This document shows positions 41,846 to 50,877 of a stretch of 64,000 bases of DNA, one piece after another. Position 1 is the first letter of the stretch. Every line of letters begins with the position of its first letter. The DNA is from an uncultured archaeon (GTDB lineage: Archaea > Thermoproteota > Bathyarchaeia > Bathyarchaeales > Bathycorpusculaceae), in the NCBI GenBank assembly GCA_963810275.1, contig CAWENF010000017.1, positions 1-64,000 of the forward strand. The letters are read 5' to 3'. A program made the translations under genes and the position numbers. The notes under the pieces are model-generated. The model saw only the letters and a list, made by a program, of their open reading frames with translations. It did not search any database and was not told where the DNA came from.

Positions 41846-41885
41846 CTTTGTCAACGAAACGTTGACTTACCTAAGTCAAGAAACC
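41846..41885. repeat. two back-to-back dif-like sites
   Basis: CTTTGTCAA-cgaaacg-TTGACTTAC followed at once by CTAAGTCAA-gaaacc. Confidence 0.6.
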
Positions 41886-41945
41886 AGTTGTGTATTTGTA
41901 ACATTAACAAAAGTTAGATAAATTAGATAAAATAATATTGGAAAT

Positions 41946-42161
41946 ATGGCTCTAACAAAAAAATATCGTTTGTTGTCTTTACTTTCAATATCTCTGTTTG
42001 CAATTGCCATAATTGGAGGTTACATAACTTTATCCCAAGCAACAGAGGCATCAAAAGAGTTCTTTTACTTCTCATTATTCACAATAGCTGGTTCTGCAAT
42101 ACAGATATACCTATACCAAAAAGATAAACAAAAAACAGAAAAACAAAAACACGCACTTTGA
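41946..42161 (+). CDS. small two-TM membrane protein
   Basis: two hydrophobic segments and a basic tail; stop overlaps a TTGACTAA half-site. Confidence 0.7.
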   Translation: MALTKKYRLLSLLSISLFAIAIIGGYITLSQATEASKEFFYFSLFTIAGSAIQIYLYQKDKQKTEKQKHAL

Positions 42162-42189
42162 CTAAACGAATTATCAAATTCTATTCTGT

Positions 42190-42309
42190 ATGAAATCTAG
42201 TTCGCCATCTCCAAGCGTTCCAGAGCTATCTTGGTTGACTATTGTGCCTTTGCTATTATTCGGACTTTCTGTGGCTGTGATAGTTAGGTATCGAAAAACC
42301 CCCAACTAA
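42190..42309 (+). other. orphan C-terminal sorting tail (VPEL-TM-basic)
   Basis: MKSSSPSPSVPELSWLTIVPLLLFGLSVAVIVRYRKTPN*, closely matching the tail of 42897-43667. Confidence 0.7.
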
Positions 42310-42537
42310 CAAATTAAAAGGTTTTGCGGGTGATATATATCCCTAAAATTTTTATTCAACTCAATCATATAACAAATCTGTTGATTGTTAACCACTCAAT
42401 TTAATCTGCCTTGAAAGTCAATTAGCTTAGAAGAAATGTTTAATTTATTGTTGACAATACCTTAAAGATCATTAAAAGAAGATCTATATGGCTAAGTTTT
42501 TTTATTCATAGTTTAATTTGATATTGAGGACTTAGAT

Positions 42538-42825
42538 ATGCATGAGTTTAGGCAAGTCTTCTTATTGGGTTTGATAGCAGGAGTCATAGTTGAAATAGTT
42601 GGTGTTCTTGCGCTATCTAACTTTTTTAGTGGCAATCAAACACCTGCATATCTATTAGGAGGAGCGGGCTCTGTTTTTGTAGGCATATTATTTCTAGCAA
42701 AAAGTATTCCTGTGTTTATTCCAATTAAAACGCAAACAGTTTCTCCCAAAGAGTGCCCTTATTGTGGTTCCACTCAAAATGCAAATGCTACTATCTGTGA
42801 TAAATGTAGGCAACAGCTTGATTGA
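42538..42825 (+). CDS. membrane protein with C-terminal zinc ribbon
   Basis: two TMs then CPYCG...CDKC. Confidence 0.8.
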   Translation: MHEFRQVFLLGLIAGVIVEIVGVLALSNFFSGNQTPAYLLGGAGSVFVGILFLAKSIPVFIPIKTQTVSPKECPYCGSTQNANATICDKCRQQLD

Positions 42826-42896
42826 CCATTAAACAACAAATCCGGGAATGTTAGCTCCAAGTAAATTATATAACGCCAGATTGCTAAGTTTTCAGT

Positions 42897-43667
42897 ATGG
42901 ATAGATTGAGTAAGTGCTTCTGCTTATGCTTAGTTGCAATCTTAGAAGTATCTAGTTTTTTAATGATTAATTCAACTAATGCTCAGTCAATACCTAAACC
43001 ATCAGCACCAGAGTTTACTATAAAATTCCCAAATGACCAAACAATACAAATAGTAATAGAGAACCAAGCATTTACTAACAATAGTTCGGTTAATGCAATA
43101 ATCTATTACTATAGAGTTAAAGATCATAACTCGCAACAATGGTTAATAGACAAAGATTACAAACTCCAATCTGACTCTAAAACTACAACCATTACAATTC
43201 CTTCAGTTCCAGGTCCACTTTTTCCATCAATGGTTTACAGTACAATTCTTAACAATAGCACATTGTTAGATTTTCAGGTTCAAGCACAAGCTGGTTATTA
43301 CGCTGTATCAAATGTGTCAGGTGCTCCAGCTATGATTTCTCCTGCTCCTCAACAGTGGCACACAGAGATTACCTTTAATGAGTCAGCAACAAGTGATTGG
43401 AGTAGTTCAGTAACAGTTGACCTTAATGAAATGATTGTGGTAACACCAAGTGCAACTCCGAATCCTTCTCCATCAGTTCCAGAGTTATCTTGGTTCATAG
43501 TTGTACTTTTGCTTCTCTCCGTATTTGCCGTTGCTTTGGTAGTTAGACATCGAAAAACTGCTAAGTCAGGAAACGTTGACAAAGCTTATTTAAGAAGCGC
43601 GCCACGCTCTATCTTAATTCCAAACTCTGCCCTCTGTACATCTAAGGTTAAAATAGGCAAGCGTTAA
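42897..43667 (+). CDS. secreted protein with PEF-CTERM-like anchor
   Basis: signal peptide AQS, IPKPSAPEFT, SDWS, Pro/Thr linker, VPELS-TM-RHRK; read-through extension past a dif-like site. Confidence 0.8.
   Translation: MDRLSKCFCLCLVAILEVSSFLMINSTNAQSIPKPSAPEFTIKFPNDQTIQIVIENQAFTNNSSVNAIIYYYRVKDHNSQQWLIDKDYKLQSDSKTTTITIPSVPGPLFPSMVYSTILNNSTLLDFQVQAQAGYYAVSNVSGAPAMISPAPQQWHTEITFNESATSDWSSSVTVDLNEMIVVTPSATPNPSPSVPELSWFIVVLLLLSVFAVALVVRHRKTAKSGNVDKAYLRSAPRSILIPNSALCTSKVKIGKR
43561..43584 (+). repeat. dif-like site
   Basis: CTAAGTCAG-gaaacg-TTGACAAAG directly after the RHRKT codons. Confidence 0.6.
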
Positions 43668-43770
43668 ATCCACCGTTGATTTTCTCGGGTAAATTTTATA
43701 TTTGAAATGGTAACATTGAGTCGCTTGAGGAACCTGTAAATGCTTAATAGGTCTTTGCAGGGGCAAACAA

Positions 43771-43811
43771 ATTTAAGCATAACTCACGCCACTGAAAATT
43801 GTATCAAAAAA
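43771..43811 (+). repeat. 41-bp imperfect direct repeat, copy 2
   Basis: ATTTAAGCATAACTCaCGCCaCtGAAAATtGTAT matches 35187-35227. Confidence 0.75.
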
Positions 43812-44184
43812 TCAGCCGTTAAAAAGCAACGGCGGTATTCGAGAAAGTAATTGATTGCAGAGAGCAATTAGAAAAGAGGTTGGATGCGAGGGATGATTTC
43901 TCTATTTAAAAAATTAAAAATGTAAATTAGAGCGCTCATCGGTGATAAGATAATTCTGTTTTAAAGTGTATTTGTGTTGAAGACATCTACAAACCTAAAG
44001 CTAATTGCACCTTTTTATGCAATAATAAATTATTGAAATTGACGTTTAACCATTTTTATTAATAAAATTTTAAAGGTGAAAACATTTTTTTGTCAACAAA
44101 GCTCGGACGCCCACTTTACTTAATCATAAAATTTGTAACAAATAGTAAAAATAAGCGAAACTTAATGCTAATTGTGATGTAATA

Positions 44185-44418
44185 GTGAAGTTAACTAAAA
44201 AAGAGCTGCTAACACTTGGCATTATTACCTTGACTGCTTATGCTATTATGGTTTACGCGTATACACTCCCTACAACTTATTCAGATTTTAATTCTCAAGA
44301 AACGTCTAACGAGTTTAGTCAACAAGCACTTATTCCAATTGCAATAGTAATCACGTTATGTCTATATTCTGGCGTTATTAAGTTAACATCAAATAGAGAT
44401 AGACTGTTTTCTTCATAA
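44185..44418 (+). CDS. small two-TM membrane protein
   Basis: two hydrophobic segments. Confidence 0.55.
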   Translation: MKLTKKELLTLGIITLTAYAIMVYAYTLPTTYSDFNSQETSNEFSQQALIPIAIVITLCLYSGVIKLTSNRDRLFSS

Positions 44419-44774
44419 ATATTCTCCTATTTGGATCAATTTTTTACAAACTATTGATTAAATGAAGGCTATGGCACAATTTCCTTTTTAGTCATCGAAA
44501 ACTTTTTTTATTTCAATTTGGAAAGTTTGAAAAGATTTCATCTACAGAATAATTGTTCTTAATGTGTCCTGTAACAAAGTATCAGAGCCAAGATTATGTT
44601 TGAGAAGGATCATGTGATTTAATTCAACGGCATGATTTGTAAAATTATTCAAAATAGTTTTTAAAGAAGCCATAAAAGAAAATACAATAAATCATGGACG
44701 TTGCGTACATTACTTATTTTGAGTTCATAAGGCTCTTATCTAAATTTGTACATTGATGAGCTGTTGATGCAAAA

Positions 44775-44921
44775 ATGGTACATTGCCCAGTCTGCGGTAA
44801 GCTTGTAGAAAAACCATCACACAAATCAGATAATCAGTCCTTCAGAATTGAAACATATGATTGCGGAAAATGCCATCATTACTTCAAAGTAAAAGTCAAT
44901 AAACAACTGTATATTGTTTAA
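44775..44921 (+). CDS. CPxCG zinc-finger microprotein (48 aa)
   Basis: MVHCPVCGK...FRIETYDCGKCHHYF. Confidence 0.7.
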   Translation: MVHCPVCGKLVEKPSHKSDNQSFRIETYDCGKCHHYFKVKVNKQLYIV

Positions 44922-45159
44922 ACTGGGGCGCCCGTTCTATTCTCTAAAAACAACAAAGAAAGTAATACAGATAATTTGAAGAAAATTTTTTTCTCATTTT
45001 ATAGAGACCATAAACTAAGCAGAAGCACATAGTGTAGAGCTAAAAGCTGCAGCGAAGGGCACGGTTAGTGAGAGAAATCTTATTAAATATTCTGAAAAAG
45101 TTTTTGACAATAAAACAAAAAACTATTAATAAAAAAAGAAAAAGATAAGACTAAAATTT

Positions 45160-46107
<948 letters not shown>

Positions 46108-46267
46108 ATAAGAAAACACCTTTAGATACATCTATGAATTGTCATGTTCAATTTAGAAATTATTATTAGCAAATAATGCGCATAACTCTCCCAAAACTGG
46201 GGATTTATTCTCTGTAAACATTATCTTAATTTGCTCTTGGCTGCCTGTAAAAGACTACTTTTGTCTG

Positions 46268-46456
46268 ATGCTTGTATTGAATTTTTATATCGACGATCAA
46301 GTCTACTTTGTCGCGACGGCTATAGTCATCTGTTTGTCCTTTGCTGTGATGACTTTCAATTTCCTTCGAGAAAAAAGGCACATCAAAATAGCGCCAAACC
46401 GCTTTAAACGCAGAAAAACAAGCAGAAAAAAGCAACCTTCAGCTGCAGCCTTGTAA
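46268..46456 (+). CDS. small single-TM hypothetical protein
   Basis: TM plus basic tail. Confidence 0.35.
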   Translation: MLVLNFYIDDQVYFVATAIVICLSFAVMTFNFLREKRHIKIAPNRFKRRKTSRKKQPSAAAL

Positions 46457-46575
46457 TGCCTTAGCACCACAAAAAATCCCATAAAGAAAAAACCTAAACC
46501 ATGACAACCCCCGATTCGCCTTCCGTTATTCTTATAAACCTATGGCGTTATTTAGTTCTGTCACCTCAAGTTTGG

Positions 46576-46653
46576 GGGCCGGTAGCTCAGCACGGCTGGA
46601 GCGTTCGACTGATAATCGAAAGGTCGGCAGTTCAAATCCGCCTCGGCCCACCA
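46576..46653 (+). tRNA. tRNA-Ile(GAT)
   Basis: GGGCCGG...TTCGA-CTGATAA-TCGAA...TTCAAAT...TCGGCCC-A-CCA; one A-C mismatch in the T-stem. Confidence 0.95.
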
Positions 46654-46654
46654 T

Positions 46655-47713
46655 CTACTTCCCCTTTTGATATGATTTTTTGTTATCAGAAGTTTCTTCA
46701 CCTTTTTCATTCTTAGTTGAATTAGAATTTTCCCCTTTCAGAACTTCATTATCTTTAGCAGCAGCCTCCTCAGCATACTCAACATCTCCCTTAGTCACCC
46801 TTTCAATCAATTCACCTGCGCGCTGCAAAGGTTCAACTATCTTCTCTACAGATTCAGGCAAAATCCACTCCCTACGATGACCAAAATAAATCGTATAAGC
46901 TTTAGAAACCTCGGCGCCGAAAAGAACAATCTGATTTAAAACAAAGATCCAAAGCAAAATAATCAAAAGGGCACCCGCAGCACCGGCTACCGTTGTCACC
47001 ACAAAAACTTGGATATAAGTGCCAAAAATATAGTTGGCAACAGTGAACGCCACCCCAGTCACAACCGACGCCAAAGCCACATCCCTCCAATGGACCTTAA
47101 CCTGCGGAAGCATCCTATACGTAATTGCCAAAAGAAGAGTTGCAATGCAAAAAGAGGACACCACCTGAGCCACACCCAATGCTACAAACGTTAAAATCGT
47201 ATTAATTGAAAAATACTCGATTACATTAAACACGCTTCCCGCAACCGCAGTCCAAGCAATCACAATCAACCCCAAAGCTGAAATCAGGAAAAACGGCAAA
47301 ACCGTCTGTCTAACTCTTTTCCACAAAGGCTGTCCTTTTGGTAATTTTACTGCCCAAATCGAATTAATGCTAGCTCGCAGTACCGCAAACGCACCTATAG
47401 CACCAGCTATCGAGAAACCCACCACAACAATAGTAGTCCATGCCGACGTGAAAGGGGAAGCCGTATTTTCAATCAACTGGCTAAAAAGCTCTGTAACAGC
47501 AGGTCCAGCAACAGAAGATATTTGCTGCACCAAAATCTGGTTTGCTTGTGCTTCTCCAAAAAACACCCCAAAAATGGTGGATACAATAAGTAGTAGCGTG
47601 GGTAGGGGCAAAATTATAAAAAATGTCAAAGCTGCTGCACGTATTGTCGCGTTGCCTTTGAGCCATCGAGTTAACGCGTCTCGGAAAATGTAGTACAAGT
47701 CGCGTTTATTCAT
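46655..47713 (-). CDS. YihY/virulence factor BrkB family membrane protein
   Basis: AAALTFF..LPLP, SINSIW, YRMLP, G.AGAL..ILLW, FGAE. Confidence 0.88.
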   Translation of the reverse strand: MNKRDLYYIFRDALTRWLKGNATIRAAALTFFIILPLPTLLLIVSTIFGVFFGEAQANQILVQQISSVAGPAVTELFSQLIENTASPFTSAWTTIVVVGFSIAGAIGAFAVLRASINSIWAVKLPKGQPLWKRVRQTVLPFFLISALGLIVIAWTAVAGSVFNVIEYFSINTILTFVALGVAQVVSSFCIATLLLAITYRMLPQVKVHWRDVALASVVTGVAFTVANYIFGTYIQVFVVTTVAGAAGALLIILLWIFVLNQIVLFGAEVSKAYTIYFGHRREWILPESVEKIVEPLQRAGELIERVTKGDVEYAEEAAAKDNEVLKGENSNSTKNEKGEETSDNKKSYQKGK

Positions 47714-48008
47714 ATGCTACCTAGATTATCTAAGAGTTTAAACGTTTAGTTCTATGGCAGCTGAAGCGTAGCATGGTTGGGCAGTTAATACACAAAATTA
47801 AAACAACAAGGTCAATGGAGACCATTTCTTGGTCGTTTAAGTATTTGTTGTTCCTGCGGATGAAATTCCCTATAGAGTTCTAATTAAGTGGTTGTCATTT
47901 GGTATTTTGAGGTGTTTTTTCTTTTAGAACGTTTTTTTATGAACGTGAATCGTTTCTTCTCTGTGTTATCCTAGCATTTTCCCCATTATCCAGTAAGAAA
48001 AGGTCTGT

Positions 48009-48557
48009 TTACATAATGGTTAGTTTCTTTGTTTCTTTAGGTACTCGTTTTGGCAAACTAACTTCTAAAACGCCGTTGTCAAGTTTAGCTTTGGCTTCTT
48101 CGGAAATGACTTCTTCAGGCAAACTGATTTTGCGATAAAACATTTGCGAAGACCGCTCGCGGCGCAAAAAGTTTTTGCCTTCTTCGTCTTCTCTTGCGGA
48201 GCGTTTAGCACTTATAGTAACCGAGTCATCTGTTAACTCGATTTGCACGTTTTCTTTTTTGAAGCCAGGTAAATCCACGGTCAACTCGAATAATTTTCCC
48301 TTATCTTCTAAGTCAACCGAAGGCATTGCTGGTGAGATTGCAGTGCGCGCCCTCGCTTTCATCTCGCCTCCAATGCGCTTAGAAGTATCCCAGAAGTCCT
48401 CGAAGTCACGTTGAAAACTCTGCATCATCTTATTGAAGTCAGTCTCTAAATCCCAATGCAATGATGAATCCAGTTCACTTTGCGTTTTCTTGATTTCTTT
48501 GGCGGATTTTTCTTTGCCTCCATAATAGTAATCCATTTTCTTTTTTTCTTCACCCAA
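48009..48557 (-). CDS. small heat shock protein Hsp20
   Basis: alpha-crystallin domain: DLPG..KE.V, ERS..FYRKISLP, AKLDNGVLEVSLPK. Confidence 0.92.
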   Translation of the reverse strand: MGEEKKKMDYYYGGKEKSAKEIKKTQSELDSSLHWDLETDFNKMMQSFQRDFEDFWDTSKRIGGEMKARARTAISPAMPSVDLEDKGKLFELTVDLPGFKKENVQIELTDDSVTISAKRSAREDEEGKNFLRRERSSQMFYRKISLPEEVISEEAKAKLDNGVLEVSLPKRVPKETKKLTIM

Positions 48558-48637
48558 AAATGTTCACCTGCAAATATTGGCAAAATCCGTTAGTTCTAAT
48601 ATAGCTATGTGACTGTAGGGTGCTAGCAAAAAAAGTT

Positions 48638-49381
48638 TTATGGCAGCGTGTAGCCGCCATCAGACACGATAGTTTGTCCCGTGATAAAGTCAGATTCGTC
48701 GCTCGCCAGAAACAGAGCCAAATTCGCAATATCCGCTGGTTTACCCATGCGCCCCAACGGGATGCCCCTAACAATCATAGCCCTCGCCTCACTATCAGCC
48801 GGCAATGTACCGACATCAATTGGACCGGGCGCTATGGCATTTATGTTGATTTTGTGTGGTGCCATATCCAGCGCCAGCGCCCTTGTTAAGCCTGAGATTG
48901 CGCCTTTGCTAGCAGAGTAATGTGCCAAGTTGGGAAACGCCACTACAGGACCCGAAATGGAGGAGAGGTTTATTACTTTGCCGTATTTGCGATCCACCAT
49001 ACTAGGTAGGAAGGCTTTGCAGAAATGGAATACGCCATAGAGGTTTACGTGGATAACTTTGTGCCAATCTTCCTCAGTCATTTCCAAGAAGGGCTTCTGG
49101 GGGTAAATGCCTGCGTTGTTTACTAACACTTCAATTTTTTTGAATTTCTGTAGAATTTGGGTTTTGGAATTTTCTACATCTTGTTGACTGCCCACATCGC
49201 ATTTTACCGCTAATGCCTCAACTTTGAGCTGCTTGGATTTCTTTGGCTACCTCAAAAACTGTGTCCCCAAGTCGGTGACAACGACGTCTGCGCCTGCCTG
49301 CGCCAATGTTAGGGCGATTTCTTTTCCTATGCCCCGTCCAGCGCCAGTTACAACTGCTACTTTACCTTTTAAATCAAGCAT
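48638..49381 (-). CDS. SDR oxidoreductase (FabG-like), one frameshift near 49225
   Basis: [19 protein letters not shown] in an upstream frame; NNAG, YSASK, ITGQ..VSDGG. Confidence 0.88.
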
Positions 49382-49443
49382 AAAAACAACCTCAGCATTT
49401 ACTACAAAATGATTTGTATTATAATTTTGCGGATACGATAACG

Positions 49444-49686
49444 TCAGCCTAAACTAGTTCTCCCACTACTATTCATTCTTTCCATAACGTCTGGGGCGTG
49501 CGGTGCCATATCCATGAACTCTGTCAGGTCTTGTCCTGCCATGTGCCCGAGGTGTTCGCCTTCGGCCCATTGATAGGATTCCGTTACATCGTAGACTTTG
49601 CCTTTGAAGCCCACGTAAGCTGGTTTGCCACTCTTCCCGTTGAACTCCCCTAACTGTTGAATTGTGAATTTCTTGGGTTTCTCCAC
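49444..49686 (-). CDS. cytochrome b5-like heme/steroid-binding protein
   Basis: [32 protein letters not shown]; last codons probably frameshifted. Confidence 0.85.
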   Translation of the reverse strand: MEKPKKFTIQQLGEFNGKSGKPAYVGFKGKVYDVTESYQWAEGEHLGHMAGQDLTEFMDMAPHAPDVMERMNSSGRTSLG

Positions 49687-49853
49687 ACATTGCCACTTCC
49701 TTCTATCAATGTAGACTCGACGTAAGCAAGGTATAACATGATGTGACTAGCAAGACACAGTCACAACAGTTTAAACATTCCAAAAAATCATCAAAACAAC
49801 AACCTTAAGCAACTCAAAACGCACAGTTACTAGGAACGGCTAAGGCGAAACAC

Positions 49854-50558
49854 ATGGCGGACACACAATTAAAACCCGAACGAAAAATTCAAGTCACCAG
49901 AAACGGACCCTACTTGGTGTCAGGCGACATTCCGCTTTACCGCATGATAATCAGATGCGACGGCAAAACAAACATACCCCTTGAATGGGTAAACGCGGGC
50001 AAAATAGAAACCAAAGCAACCTATCTCCTGTGCCGATGCGGCCATAGTAAAAATAAGCCTTTCTGTGACGGCACTCACGCCAAAGTCCAATTTGACGGCA
50101 CTGAAAAACCAAACCCTCTGTCGTTTGAGCAGATGGCAAAAGCCACCGACGGTCCTAGCCTTACTCTTAAAGACGCCGAGGTACTGTGTGCCTCCGCACG
50201 GTTCTGCCATCGAGGCGGAGACATCTGGGACCAAATCCCCCACACTGATGACCCCAAAGTTAAGGAAAACTGTATCCGAAACGAACAGGATTGCCCCTCT
50301 GGCCGACTAGTCGTAGTAGACAAAGCGTCGGGTGTAGTGATTGAGCCAAAACTTGAACCGTCCATCGGGCTAGTCGAAGACCCAGCCATGAGTGTCGATG
50401 GTCCTCTGTGGGTTAGGGGTGGCATTCAATTTTACTCCGCAGAGGGTAAACCCTACGAGGTTCGCAACCGAGTAACACTTTGCAGGTGCGGCAAATCCGA
50501 AAACAAACCGTTCTGCGACAGTAGCCACTACCCTGAAGAAGACCGCGAGAAGAGATAG
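49854..50558 (+). CDS. double CDGSH iron-sulfur protein with central divergent ferredoxin domain
   Basis: LCRCGHSKNKPFCDGTH and LCRCGKSENKPFCDSSH; CASARFC...CPSG. Confidence 0.92.
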   Translation: MADTQLKPERKIQVTRNGPYLVSGDIPLYRMIIRCDGKTNIPLEWVNAGKIETKATYLLCRCGHSKNKPFCDGTHAKVQFDGTEKPNPLSFEQMAKATDGPSLTLKDAEVLCASARFCHRGGDIWDQIPHTDDPKVKENCIRNEQDCPSGRLVVVDKASGVVIEPKLEPSIGLVEDPAMSVDGPLWVRGGIQFYSAEGKPYEVRNRVTLCRCGKSENKPFCDSSHYPEEDREKR

Positions 50559-50565
50559 GTGAGAA

Positions 50566-50877
50566 ATGATGGTTAAAAACGATGTTGAAGAAGTCCAATC
50601 GCAAGTCAAAGAGAAAGATACCGCATACGTGCTTTTTTATGCTTCGTGGTGTCCGTTTTCGCGGCGGTTTTTGCCGATTTTTGAGGAATACGAAAAAACC
50701 AACCCTGACAAATGCGTGAAAGTTGTGATTGATGACAAGCCTGATGTATGCGAGGAGTATGGCATTGAATATTATCCTACGGTGCTGCTTTTCCGAAGGG
50801 GAAAAGTGCATAAACGTTTAGATTCTGAACCCCACATTGGCTTAACAAAGGCACAGCTAGAAGAGTTCACGAGTTAA
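50566..50877 (+). CDS. thioredoxin-fold protein (WCPFS, monothiol)
   Basis: FYASWCPFS, YYPTV. Confidence 0.85.
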   Translation: MMVKNDVEEVQSQVKEKDTAYVLFYASWCPFSRRFLPIFEEYEKTNPDKCVKVVIDDKPDVCEEYGIEYYPTVLLFRRGKVHKRLDSEPHIGLTKAQLEEFTS

